A stretch of 64,000 bases of DNA from Eledone cirrhosa (GCA_964016885.1 OZ024742.1:246636001-246700000), one strand, 5' to 3'. Positions 10,983 through 23,540 are shown, numbered from the stretch's first letter. The notes: generated from the letters alone by a model not told the origin. Translations and numbers: made by a program.

Positions 10983-13900
10983 CTATAGGATGGTATACAG
11001 AGAAGGCCCATTTACACGAGCCATTCTCGCCACTATCACCCACCTTTCATAAAACTGCCTGTGGCCAAGCACCTCTCTCTCCATTCTTATCCTTCTTCCG
11101 AAGTGATATCGGAAGAAGTAGACCAGACTATGGCCAGAGAGGAAGTTGCCTGACCTCAGACCTTTCAATCGTGTCCACCAAACAACCTCTTTCAACATGG
11201 CTATTACGCACAGAAAAACCGCCTTTGCTTCCTTTGTGAAGAGGGGAGGCGGTTTGATTGTCATCACGGACTCGGCGGTCAATTTAATCGGCGCCACCCG
11301 CGACAGCAGTCGTTCGGCGTAGCCCCACAGATCAGCCACGCCCGGACATTGCACCAATGCGTGCGCAACGGTTTCTTCGTGACGCACGCATCTAGGGCAA
11401 ATCTCTTTTGAGGGATCCCTGCCCGGGCGCCCGTGTCTGTAGAGCCTCTCTCGAACGGGTAGAGCCCCCGGTAGCACTGCCAGGCCAGTGACTTCTGGAA
11501 GTTGTCCATTGGTCCTGGGCCGAAAGTCCTACCGAACAGGCTGGCCAGTTCGTCTTCTTCCATGTCCAGCGACTCTCCAAGGGTGTCATCGCCCCTGCTA
11601 GCCACCAGCCCTCTATAGAATGATGAGGTGGATTCTCCACCGATGGCCTGGCCCGCTTGCCAGAGAGCCCTGAGCGCCTGAGCACACTCAGTGTGCCAGT
11701 CTCCCAGTTTTCCGGATCTTTGCTTGACCCAGGACTGTAGCTCGGTGAGCGAGACGAGTCTCGGAAAGGCTCGTTTCACGAACGGAGCCCACACCGGTTG
11801 ACCAGTGAGGAATACCTGTAGGTGCCGTAGCCTTAATGCGTGCCTACGCATCATCAACCACGGCATCCCCAGCCCTCCTTTCGAAGGTTGTTGGCAGCAG
11901 ATGGATCTTCTCACCATAGGAGGACGCTTCTTCCAAAGAAATTGGAAGAGCATGCGTTCCATGGTGGTGAGTGTTTCCTTAGGGCAAGGCACGACAGTCA
12001 GGCGGTAGTAAGTGACGGACGCTATGTAAATGTTCGCCACCTCCGCCCGGCCTTTTAGGGACAGCTTACACTTGGCCCATTTCTGGGTTAGTGCAAACAC
12101 CTTGTTCGTAACCTCGTTCCAGTTCTTTTCCACCTGGAGGTCCGGTCCAAACCAGACCCCAAGCAACTTTACCGGGCCCTCCGTCCAGTGTCCGACGACA
12201 CCGTCAGGAGGCATCGGTCTGCCTCTCCACGTTCCGAGTTGCAGCCCGATGGATTTTTCCCGGTTCAGTTTCGCTCCTGACAACCTTTCGTACTCCTCCA
12301 GTAAGGTACCGATCGCCTCGATCTCCGAGTCGGTTGATACCATTACTGTTACGTCATCGGCGTAGGCCGACACCGCTTTACTCAATCCTGGTTCCAGGGG
12401 GATACCCTGCAACAACTCCAACTTCCTCAGTAAAGGCTCGAGAGTCAATACGTACAGAAGGGAGGAGAGAGTGCACCCCTGTCGAATGGATCGTGTGATT
12501 TCGAACGGCTTCGAAAGGTAGCCGTTCACCTTGATCCTAGAACAGATGTGGTTGCTATGTAGGGCAGTGATCCAGCCTCTGAAAACAGGACCGAACCCAG
12601 CCGCCGCTAGCACCGCATCCAGGTAACCATCGTCGACCCTATCGAAGGCCTTAGACTGATCCAAGTTGATCAGGGCCCCACCGAAGCCGGGTTTGTTGCC
12701 AACCCTCTCTATGATGTATCGCATGAGGTGGAGGTTATCGTGAATGGACCTGGATGGGATAGCACATGTCTGCGCATCTCCCACCAGGCCACCCACGACA
12801 AGCGCCAACCTCTTTGCTAACACCTTGGCCAAAATCTTTAACTCTGTGTTTAGCAGGGTTATGGGCCGAAAATTATTTATATTATCCCCCTTGTTCTCGT
12901 CCTTCCTCACCAGCGTGACTACGCCCTTGGCTACAGAACAAGGAATTCTCCCGTTCTGCTGCCAATTGCAGTAGACCGCTTCGAGGAGTTCGGAGAAGAA
13001 GACCGGCATTGCTAAATAAAGTTCGTAAGGTATACCATCGAGACCTGGAGATTTGCGTCTGCTGCATTGGCTCAGCGCATCTCCGATCTCATCAGCCGAG
13101 ATTGGTCCCTCGCAGCACTCTGCCTCTTCGTTCGAGAGACGCGGCAGGCCGTCGAGGTATGGACCGAAATCCACGCCCCCGCCCGGACCCTCGCCTCCCC
13201 CGAACAATCGGGCAAAGTGCCTTTGAAAGGCCTCGCACATCTGCTTAGGCTCCCGGATCACCCGTCCATCTTCGTCTTGCAACGACCGGATGGTGGATCG
13301 ATTTCCACTCTTAGCTTCTGTCACGCGGGCCCATCCAACGGCTTTGGCCCCCTCATTACCTAGAGCACGTATTTTACTTCGAATGACGCAGCCTTCGTGC
13401 TTTGCATCGAAAAACTGGTTCAAGGCCGTCCTCGATGCCAGCACTCTGGCCACATCTTCGCTCTTGATTGCCTCTTCTAATTTACCTGTTAATTGTTTCT
13501 CGTTTCTATTCCTATCGGCAGCTAATATCTTGCTATAACTTATTGATTCTGTTCTAATCTCTCTTTTGAGAGATGCCCACCATCGGTTGTTGATGATTGC
13601 ACCCGTCAACCTCTCCTTAACTAATCTGCTAATCCGGTTTCTGTAAGTCTCTTTTGCCGGTAAAGACAAATTAAGTTTCCAGTAACCGGGACCCTGTCTA
13701 TGTGTTTTCTCGAAATTGACCACGCAGGTCACTAATTTGTGATCCGTGTAGCCAACCGTGCGCATTTCTGGACAGCTTAATATGTCCCTATCCTTACTTC
13801 TAACTAAGAATCTATCTAAGTACGATCTAGATTGACCACTGTGGTTTCTCCAAGTCCAGGTAGGCACAGTTGGAAAATCTAGTCGATATCTATCGACCAA

Positions 13901-14419
13901 GTTAAAACGGTCGAGTAACCCCTTGAGGCTGTTACACCCCCCTCTATTAGGACATGCTCCTGCATAGTCCCAACGTGCATCCAGGATGTCATTCCAATCC
14001 CCCGCTAGAAGCAAGGAACGCGACGTTCCCAGAAAAGTCTCCAAACGCTGGAAGAAGTCGGGCCGTTCAGCTCCGAAAGGGGAGTAGACGGCGACCAGTC
14101 TCAAGGCCGCACTTTCATTACTGCCAACGTCTAGCACCAACAAACGACCCTCCGGGTCCGAGTGCACAACCTGTACGGCAAGACCCAGGTGTTTTTGCAG
14201 CAGTACGACAACCCCACCCCCACCTCCAGGTTGACAGAGAGATGCATGCACCTCAAAGTCATCGAAGGTGGGGGCCAGCTGCCGCACGACGCTGATTCGA
14301 GTCTCGCAGATAACCATTACATTTATACTACATGACCTGAGGTCATTTAGAAGCTTTGCTTGCTTCCAAGTTGAGCCCAGGCCACGTGCATTCAAACATC
14401 CTACTCTTAACACATCCAT
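10983..14419 (-). CDS. ORF2: AP-endonuclease + reverse transcriptase + zinc knuckle; single frameshift near 11465
   Basis: APE motifs LNARGL, ICETR, GDWN, LDRF and TDH. RT motifs PGLDG, FRPITLLN, DQSKAFDRV, RQGC and YADD. The C-terminus CPRC...HALVQC continues in ORF 10983-11477 after a one-base loss in a G run. Confidence 0.93.
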
Positions 14420-14452
14420 GTGGGCGGCAGAGCCAAATGAGAGTGTAGAGAC

Positions 14453-16177
14453 CTACCTTTCCGCTTCCCGGGGTTCGGGTTGCACGACTTCCATGGGGTC
14501 GGGGGTGTTGGGTGAAGGGGTGTCTTGTGGTGGTGTGGGGTCGTCAGTGTGTGGAGGTGTTGGGGTGTTTGGAGTTGTGTTGGGGAGGGGAAGGGGAGGG
14601 GGAAAGCTTTTTAGTAGGACGCGGTTTATGGGTTTGACAGAGGGTGGTCCTACGTCCTCCTTAAAATCCTTTTTTAGTTTTTGGTAGAGGTTCATTGGGA
14701 TCTTTATTAGTTTTAAATGTGGGTAGTTTTCTGACGAAACAAAGTTTACACCTTCGGTTTGTACCGAAGGATTATTGTATATGAGCTCATTTAATTTATT
14801 ATTGTTTCTGTTGATGTAAGTATAGTGTAATGTCTTTTTTTCCGATGGTGTGAGTGTTTCGAAGAGGGGAGGGGCAGGTTTGGTTTTGTTTGTTGCTGGA
14901 GGGGTGTTTTCTGTTTTGTTGGATTGTGTTGAGATTTGGGTGGGGGTTGTTTGTCCTTGTGTGTTTTGCACATGTTTTCTTTTTTTCCTTTTAATCTGTC
15001 TGAAGGACTCCGTTTCTTCCTCCGAATTCGTTGGGTTGTCTTCAGTGTTGGAGGGAAGAGGTATGTTTGCTGGTAATGTTTCCGTGTTGGTTTTCTTTGT
15101 GGGGGAGATGAATGTCACTATGTTAGACTGTGTTGTGTGTTGTGTCTGCGGTGGTTGTGTTGTTTTATTGAGTGAGAGGTTGGGTGGGCCTGTATTTTGT
15201 TTTGGGGTAATGTGTTGTGACTGTTTGTGTTGTGGTGGTGTTGTGGTTTTACTGAGGGACGGGTTGGGTGGGACTGAGTTTTGTTGTTTGTTTATCTGTT
15301 GTGGTGGTGGTGGTGGAGCTGGTGTTGGTAGCAGGGTTTTCTTTTTGTTGAGTTGGGGACAAGCGGCCTTCAGGTGCCCTCTGCCTGCACAGATATGGCA
15401 GGACGGCCTTCTGCCCTCCACGCTAATGTTTATATACCCGTGGTCCTCTAATAGGATTCTGTCGGGTATTTGGGCGATGCGTTCAGGCTTCATTTGTACT
15501 ACCAGCTCTATACCTGTTCCACTGAACGCATTGCCTGTGGTTTTCCCAATGGAAATCACGTTGTCATTCACTGGATCGATGAAGCCAGCTATGAGCCAGC
15601 AGTAGTCCACATCTGGCATCATTGCATCCAGCCATATGCGTTGAGTTCTTTTCCCCATATAAGATGGATAAAAGGTGAAATTTTTCGAACGAATCGGTGA
15701 CAAAGCACATTTTTTTGCCGCCGATTCGTTCTTCATGATAATTGCTAGGCTTCCATACAGTCTGTCTTTTCTTATGAAAGTGGTTTCATTAAGTACTTCT
15801 GTGAGTACTGTTTTGATATCTGCTTGAGAAGGCTGTTCAGGTTTTTTTGTACTGTTGTTGATGGTCCGAAACTTGACCGTTCGGCTTTCAATGTCTTTCG
15901 TGAATTCTTGAGGCATTTTTACCGATAAAATACCATTCTCTCCTTCACTTATGTATTGTTTGGCGTCCGTGATCCTTCGTACCACATCTGAAATGTTTTC
16001 CGCTATATAAGTCAAAGATTTCTTTGTTTTCTGTGCAAATGAAATCTTGTCGTCTGCTTTGTTTTCTGATATGGTGTTATTTTCAACTGTTATTTTTGTG
16101 TTTGTTGTGTCTTTGTTTGTGTTATTAGTATTGTCATGCAATTTTTCAAATTTTTTTTTTTCGTTGTTGGAATCCAA
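14453..16177 (-). CDS. ORF1: gag-like nucleic-acid-binding protein with CCHC knuckle and Pro/Thr/Gln-rich tail
   Basis: 574-aa open frame with CHICAGRGHLKAAC, ending 33 nt before the ORF2 ATG. The true start may lie further upstream. Confidence 0.88.
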   Translation of the reverse strand: MDSNNEKKKFEKLHDNTNNTNKDTTNTKITVENNTISENKADDKISFAQKTKKSLTYIAENISDVVRRITDAKQYISEGENGILSVKMPQEFTKDIESRTVKFRTINNSTKKPEQPSQADIKTVLTEVLNETTFIRKDRLYGSLAIIMKNESAAKKCALSPIRSKNFTFYPSYMGKRTQRIWLDAMMPDVDYCWLIAGFIDPVNDNVISIGKTTGNAFSGTGIELVVQMKPERIAQIPDRILLEDHGYINISVEGRRPSCHICAGRGHLKAACPQLNKKKTLLPTPAPPPPPQQINKQQNSVPPNPSLSKTTTPPQHKQSQHITPKQNTGPPNLSLNKTTQPPQTQHTTQSNIVTFISPTKKTNTETLPANIPLPSNTEDNPTNSEEETESFRQIKRKKRKHVQNTQGQTTPTQISTQSNKTENTPPATNKTKPAPPLFETLTPSEKKTLHYTYINRNNNKLNELIYNNPSVQTEGVNFVSSENYPHLKLIKIPMNLYQKLKKDFKEDVGPPSVKPINRVLLKSFPPPLPLPNTTPNTPTPPHTDDPTPPQDTPSPNTPDPMEVVQPEPREAER

Positions 16178-17129
16178 GTCCAGATTTGTGTTTTCGTCAT
16201 TTAATTTTTTCTACGCAGATTCGTCTGTTTTTATTATAATTTTTCATTCCTTCTCTATGACGTTAGTTGGGAAGGAAGGGAGGACTAAAGCGTGCGAGCT
16301 TACAACTCTTACCGCTGTCCCCCCACCACTATTTTCGTTCGCTGCATTTAACATTTCTGTTAGACGATTGAAATTTTTTACACAAAATTTTTTAAAACAG
16401 GTTTTTCACCTCTAGGAGGGGTAAAGATGAGCTGACCCACCGCCTGACAGTTCAGACGGAGGGTCAAGCTACACAATTGTATCAAAATTAAGTTTGAACT
16501 CACAAAATTTCCTCAATAAATTTGAACAAAACTTCTGTGCGAAGTGAATGACATCCACACTGTAGAACAGACGACAGCTAGATTATATATATATATATAT
16601 AGAGATAGATAGATAAATATATACGGGTGTGTATGATTGTGTATAGAAGATTATATTAATAAAAGGAATTCCAACTATGTCTGATTTACTCGTTTTATTT
16701 ACAATCCTTTAAAATTTATAATGGTATTAGAATGAAATAGTATGGGAGAATATTAAATGTTAAGTGTTAATTGAACAAGTACTTTCATGCTTTCGCAATC
16801 TTCATGTTCATAATGTGTGGTGACAGTCAAGTTTGCAATTTTCAACTGTAATGAGATGGGTAAATTTTGTGCCTTATATACAGTGAAAAGTGGCTCCAGA
16901 ATGCTAAATCTTGCAAACTGTATTTCGACCAATCGGTGTGTAGTTTCACTGGATTACTAAAGCTGATTGGTTTAGGCGTCACGGTTAGTTGAACATGTCT
17001 AACGACTACTAATTGCCCCTATCTAAAGCATCAATTGTTTTGCTATTTTTAGAAATGATGAGAATAGCATTTTCTAGTAATCATCACCATCAACATCACT
17101 TTTATTATTATTATTATTGTTGTTGTTAG

Positions 17130-17199
17130 TGAAATCAAGAGAAAAATCAAAGAAAAGAATTTTATTGATAAATTCAAACCCAAGCTAAATGAACAATAA
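17130..17199 (+). mobile_element. Tiny remnant of a GIY-YIG endonuclease C-terminus (Penelope-like)
   Basis: Translates KRKIKEKNFIDKFKPKLNEQ*, matching the E...I....PxLN ending. Confidence 0.45.
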
Positions 17200-17383
17200 T
17201 AATGGAATATCCTACTATGACTATGACTACGACCACTAACAACAATAATAATAATAATAATAATAATAAAAGTATATAATATATATATTTAATATAATAT
17301 ATATAATAAATATATATAATAAATATATATAATATATATATTTAATAATAATAAAAGTATATAATATATATATTTATATGTCA

Positions 17384-17990
17384 GGTCACCAGTTGGTGCT
17401 AGTGGTAACATGTATGCCAGTACAACCTGTCTCATGGTCGGGTCGTTGGCGACTAAACTGGCAACCCCACCAAGGTTTCTTGGTGAGGAGGGTGACTTTG
17501 GACATCCGGCAGGACTAAAAACAAAACCTGTCAAAGGGCAAAGGAGCTCTTAAGAGTCAATGGCCATCCAAAATCACCGGGAGAGATAACCCCTTAGCCT
17601 TTGTAAAGGCAGAATTCTAGGAGAAGGAAAACTCTGATATAACACCTGCAACCCTGATGGTCTCCAATGATGTTGACATGTTCTTTTTTTTGGTAAATAT
17701 CATCTTGGTTAAGAGAGTGGGACTGGCTTTGTGCAGTGCCTTTGCTCACTATAAAAGCTTCAGGGCACAGGCATTGCTTTATATCTGGAGATCTCTCTGC
17801 ACTTGTCGTCACATGGTACCATGGGCCCAGCACTTTGTGTCAATAATTGTCACAAGTGTAGTGTTTGTACCAGAGTTTTCAAGTCGCTGGCTGGACTAAA
17901 AAGTCACACTCGTTCAGCGTATCGGTAGGGGTTCTCCTACATGGATATAAAGTAGTGCCCGTACTCGAAAACGAGTTGGCAGCCACCTTA
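17384..17990 (+). mobile_element. Non-coding bipartite RTE-derived element (5'UTR-like head + RTE 3' stem-loop)
   Basis: Contains GGAGAAGGAAAACTCTGA, which I recognise as typical of RTE 5' regions. Ends GTACTCGAAAACGAGTTGGCAGCC followed by (TA)n. No long ORF. Confidence 0.55.
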
Positions 17991-18026
17991 TATATATATA
18001 TATATATATATATAGGAACCAGTAAG

Positions 18027-18120
18027 ACCCCGACAGCTGAGCTCAAGCCGTTTCGACGGCTAATTCTGGACTAAATGAAAATTTATCCTGGTATTTAAAT
18101 AGCCGATCTTCTCAAGGGGT
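18027..18120 (-). ncRNA. Type I hammerhead ribozyme with U3-A8 core variant (family A)
   Basis: Sense strand: ACCCC-UUGAGAA-GAUCGGCUA[37 nt]UAGCCGUC-GAAAC-GGCU(UGAGCUC)AGCU-GUC^GGGGU. All three helices pair. Confidence 0.8.
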
Positions 18121-19237
18121 AATTCCATATATGGTCAAAGTGATTGTCAAAAATCAGTAGTAACTCTGTGGTTGCAAATTAGTAGGGGAGATGGTGGCTA
18201 AACCTGCCAGTAGGAGAAAGAGGGGGGTGGGGGTGGGGGTGGAGTAGACCCAATCAAGCGTTGGTAGTGCCAGCTACAGCTGGGCATGAGGTCAAAGAAG
18301 ATACAGGGGAGGGGGAGGGGGAGGAAGTCGGAACGGTAGGTAGAACAATGGGGGGTAGAAATATATAGGAAAGAAAAATACTGAGAGTGAAGAAAAACAA
18401 ATAAGTGTAAAGAAAAAAGTAAAGTAAATTAAAATCTACGACCTAGGTCTCTAGCTATTGTTAGGCTAGAATAAATAAATAAATAAAGAAAGAAAGAAGT
18501 AAAGAAATAAATAAAGAAATAACGAAATAAGTAAAAGAACTAGGTGGGACGGTATAGGCAAGGACCCTTTTAAGAGGTATAAGTACGTAAATGATACGGT
18601 GACGGGTCAACAAAAGGGGCCAAAATACTAAAGAGACTACCACGAAATAAGCAATAAAGGTTTCCATCCCGGGCACAATGCCAGCAACCACCCAGTGCAG
18701 CAAAGTGAACTAGTACGAGATAATAATTCTGAGTCCCGAGAAAAATATATACTAATGCTAACTCTAAAAGATCTAAAACAAGGTACATGAAAGTTCGTAC
18801 GAAGTAAAGGTAGAATACGGAAAAATAAATTCAGAATCCACCCCGCCCAAAAGAAAAGCGAAGAAAGAAATACTGAAACGAAAAAATAAGGCATAAGTGC
18901 CACTAAGAAATATAGAGGGCACAGAGAATAGTGGGAGCGGTCGGAAAAAGGGGACAAGTATCCGGGGTCTAAACCAACTGCTATAAAGGGTGGAGTCCGC
19001 CAAATCTATCATAGACTAGGGGAGGGGGTGGGGGTACTAAGGCTACAAGGGGCCAAAGGGCAGCCTCGGGTGGGCCAGAAAAGACGCCGACAAAGGAGAA
19101 GAGCTGGGGTAGAAGGACTAAGGAGAGAGGGGGGAAGGAAATAAAGGAAGCGATAAAAGAATACAAAGAAGATCTTACGTCTCCCTTGGCAAGCAGGGGT
19201 TACCCATTGCAAAATCGGCAAGTGGGGTGTTATAGCC

Positions 19238-20386
19238 CTAGTCTACCCCCCCCCCCGGGTCATTATGGGGTTTGAGGGCGAGGTAAGTCCTACGCAATCT
19301 ATGTTTACATGCAGTAACCAGTTCATCTTTCTTGTTTAGGAGTTGGTCCGTCGAAAACAGCATTTGTAAAGTTTCCTCCGAGCATAAATTGCACGGACGG
19401 CGTCCTCCTGTGTAAGAATTGGCTCTGGACAGTAATCTCCAAGTGAGATCATAGGTGATGTTGTTGTCCTTGAGGTCCCATATGTGGCCCGAAAGTGTAG
19501 TGGCGTGACGCCGGGCCGGGTTTCGGAAGGTATGTCTATGTTGGTATAGCCGGGTCTTGAAGTCACATGCGGTAAGTCCTATATAGGCTTTGTTGGAGGT
19601 ATCCGTCCTCACGTTGCACTGGTAGATCACATTACGGTCTCTGCATCTATTGTCGAGTGGGCAAATAGATCTATCCGGGCAGTTACACCTCCTGGTCGGT
19701 TCTCCACTGCTATTTAGGTTATTTCTGCCATCGGGGTTGAGTTTTTTGTTGTTAGAGGAGACGATGTTTTGTGCGAAGTTTGGTGTAGTGCTGTAAGAGA
19801 GTTTGATGGTAATTTTGTTAATTATGTTGTGGTAGCGGTGTTGTAATGGGAAGTGTTTTTCAATGAGCCTAAAGAATAGTTTCCCGATGGGAGTTGTCAC
19901 CTCTGCGTTGTGGGGAGGATTGAACCATGTTACATTGCGTGAGCGGCGGTGTCTCCTGCTGGTTCCGCTAATGGGAGCTGGACAGTAGGATATTTCCTCC
20001 CGGAAACGACTCCGCTTGAGGGCCTGGTTGTAATAAGGCGCATGTTCATCGAATATCCGCTCATTAGCTGACAAACGGGATATGCGGAGGGAGATGTTTT
20101 TGACCAGGTTGTTTGTGATGTTCCTAGGATGGTTTGATCGGCGGTGGATGTAGTGCAGATTGTCATTAGGTTTCCTGTATGGGTAGTACAGGTCGTTTTC
20201 GAGGTCGAGGGTCACGTCCAGGAAGTTTACTCGGGTCAGGGACGTTTGTAGGGTTATTTTAAATCCCCAGTCGCGGAAGAATCTGATTAATTGTTTCCGG
20301 ACCCGATCTGTACTACTGGGGTTGTACCCTTTAAGGGTAAGGAGCCCATCATCACGGTACAATCCACCACCGAATGCAGGAAACAT
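19238..20386 (-). CDS. Penelope-like RT C-terminal half + GIY-YIG endonuclease (5'-truncated, open to stop)
   Basis: GLYRDDGL, VNFLDVTLDL, PYRKPN, YIHRRSNHP, WFNPP, CNCx5CPLx3C, VIYQC...AYIGLT, CNLCxxE and LLN. Confidence 0.92.
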   Translation of the reverse strand: MFPAFGGGLYRDDGLLTLKGYNPSSTDRVRKQLIRFFRDWGFKITLQTSLTRVNFLDVTLDLENDLYYPYRKPNDNLHYIHRRSNHPRNITNNLVKNISLRISRLSANERIFDEHAPYYNQALKRSRFREEISYCPAPISGTSRRHRRSRNVTWFNPPHNAEVTTPIGKLFFRLIEKHFPLQHRYHNIINKITIKLSYSTTPNFAQNIVSSNNKKLNPDGRNNLNSSGEPTRRCNCPDRSICPLDNRCRDRNVIYQCNVRTDTSNKAYIGLTACDFKTRLYQHRHTFRNPARRHATTLSGHIWDLKDNNITYDLTWRLLSRANSYTGGRRPCNLCSEETLQMLFSTDQLLNKKDELVTACKHRLRRTYLALKPHNDPGGGVD

Positions 20387-20563
20387 ATCAGTGAGTTTGC
20401 CTATAAGGAATAATCCTATAAGATTTAGTCCAGAATTAGCCGTCGAAACGGCTTGAGCTCAGCTGTCGGGGTCTTACTGGTTCCTATTACCCACTCTACT
20501 ACTTCAAGTATTGAGTACTTTGGTGCGTTATGGTCCACCTGGTTCCTTACCACATTTCCTTCG

Positions 20564-21283
<720 letters not shown>

Positions 21284-21295
21284 TTTATTAAAATA

Positions 21296-21370
21296 ACAGA
21301 TTAAAGTTTAAGCAAAGAATCGCTGCTTTCACTGTAACGGGATCTTCTGAAACTAACAAAGTCAATCTGT
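21296..21370 (-). ncRNA. Hammerhead motif, family B (core CAGAAGA), in the inverted arm; helix II damaged
   Basis: Sense strand: AGUUU-CAGAAGA-UCCCGUUACAGU-GAAA-GCA...UGC-UU^AAACU. Confidence 0.55.
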
Positions 21371-22823
21371 AAACGCAGAACTGGATATTTAAAAAAACAT
21401 TGCAACCGGAGGAAGACAGGAAGACGATACTTTGGTTCGTGGAAACCTTAGCTGTAATTGTAGGAATCGGGTTGATTGCCCCCTATCCGCGAAATGCCTC
21501 TCAAGTAACATTGTCTACAAATGTAAGGTTGTAACACCCACGTCCCGTAGGGCCTACATAGGGTTAACCGCCAATAGATTCAAGCAGGTCTTTACATTCA
21601 TACCCATTCTTTTCGTTACCCTCTAAGAAGGAATATGACGTCACTTTCAGCTTATATCTGGAGTCTAAAAGACAACCACACCCAATATAAGTTACACTGG
21701 GAGATCCTAGCTAGGGCTAGATCGTATAACGGAAATAAAAGACCATGCGACCTCTGCGCCGCTGAGACCCTGGAAATACTCTACGCCACAGACCACACCT
21801 TAAACAAAAAATCTGAGGCAATTTCGGCTTGTAAACATAAATTGCACAAAACTTTCCTGTATTACAGCCCGAGGTTATACCCTAACGGATAGTACGATCT
21901 ATACGTGGATATTTTACGTCTTGATGTGGGAGCTAAGTATATGTTTTGTTTATACCTTTACTTATTTGCATAGGTAAGTATATATTTCTCGTATGTTTTG
22001 TGAAGGTACGTATACCTTCTCGTACGTATATTTGATTGTTATGGCGTATAATTTTTTTTATATATCCTGGTACATATGGTTCGGCTATGTGTATACGGGA
22101 GTTTTGCGTCTGTGTGAGTATGCAGGTTCGTACGTATGTAGGGCGTGTGTATATGTGTACTTCATGTTTTGGTTGACTTACGTCTCCGAACATTCGTGTA
22201 TTTACATGTAGGTATGTGTGTGCGCTTGTTATATACGTATTTATTTATTTATATACGTTTATATAATTATTTATTTATTTGTATACACGCATACACACAC
22301 ACACACACACACACACACATATTTATATGTGCGTGGTTTTGTTTACCTATGGTAAGTTTTTGCGTATGCTTGTATATGTACGTATTTGTTTGCGTGTATG
22401 TATTTATTTATTTCTATTACTTCTGTATTGTATTTATTTACTTTGTTCTTAACTCTGTAGCAGAGATTCATTCGGTCTCCTAATTAGAATTTTAGTCTAC
22501 GATTTCTGCTATACCATTTACGTGGTTTTGTCTTTGCGTGCTATTGTTCTTCACGCTCCACATATGACGTATTATCTTCGTTTTTTTTCGTTCATTGCCA
22601 GAGAACGTCTCTATGCACCACCTTAGAGAACATTAGTCTACGACCTCTTTTATACCATAAACGTGGTTCTGTCTTTGCGCGTAATTGTTTTTCACCGCTC
22701 CTATTAATGACGTATTATTCGTTTTTTCCCGTTCTTTGCCAGCGAACGTTTCCACGAACCAAAGTATCGTCTTCCTGTCTTCCTCCGGTTGCAACGTTTT
22801 TTGAAATATCCAGTTCTGCGTTT

Positions 22824-22899
22824 ACAGATTGACTTTGTTAGTTTCAGAAGGTCCCGTTAAGGGTGAAAGCAGCGATTCTTTGCTTAAACTTTAATCTGT
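22824..22899 (+). ncRNA. Type I hammerhead motif, family B (U4A core variant)
   Basis: ACAGAUUGA..AGUUU-CAGAAGG-UCCC(GUUAA)GGGU-GAAA-GCA(GCGAUUCUU)UGC-UU^AAACU-UUAAUCUGU. Helix I has a 9-bp distal extension. Confidence 0.65.
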
Positions 22900-22997
22900 T
22901 ATTTTAATAAATATTTGCTCTACGGTTCTTATATATTTGATATATATTTATCCTTATCGAGCCCTCTTTCGATTTTAGTCTTCAAATTTATTATTAT

Positions 22998-23058
<61 letters not shown>

Positions 23059-23468
23059 CATATATATAGACATATACATATATATACATATATATAGACA
23101 TATATATATCGACATATATATAGACATATATATACATATATATAGACATATATATATATACATATATATACATATATATAGACATATATATATATATATA
23201 TATAGACATATATGTAGACATATATATATATATAGACATATATATATATATATAGACATATATATATATACGTATATATATATATATTTATATATATATG
23301 TATATATGGGGGGGGGATATATATATATATACATATATATAGACATATATATATATATATATATATCACCCCTCCCATATATACATATATCACTCCACTC
23401 CATATATATATCTATATATCTATATCTATATATCACCCCCCCCCCATATATACATATATCACTCCACT

Positions 23469-23540
<72 letters not shown>

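Larger units (their letters stand above)
10768..16580 (-). mobile_element. Near full-length Tx1-clade (L1 group) LINE
   Basis: 5'UTR, ORF1 with CCHC, ORF2 with APE, RT and C-terminal zinc knuckle, 3'UTR ending AATAAAGAAA(TCTA)n. Flanked by (TA)n/(ATAG)n. Confidence 0.95.
21284..23000 (+). mobile_element. Truncated Penelope-like element (family B): inverted pLTR arm + GIY-YIG + 3'UTR + pLTR with tail
   Basis: 21432-21892 encodes CNCRNRVDCPLSAKC, IVYKC...AYIGLT, CDLCAAE and TLNKK (frameshifted). 21284-21445 is an inverted copy of 22748-22913. The 3'UTR has internal ~140-bp tandem repeats at 22490-22760. Confidence 0.88.

Noticed and set aside
14850-15605. 251-aa plus-strand ORF
   Set aside because: It is the antisense shadow of the C/A-rich Tx1 ORF1.
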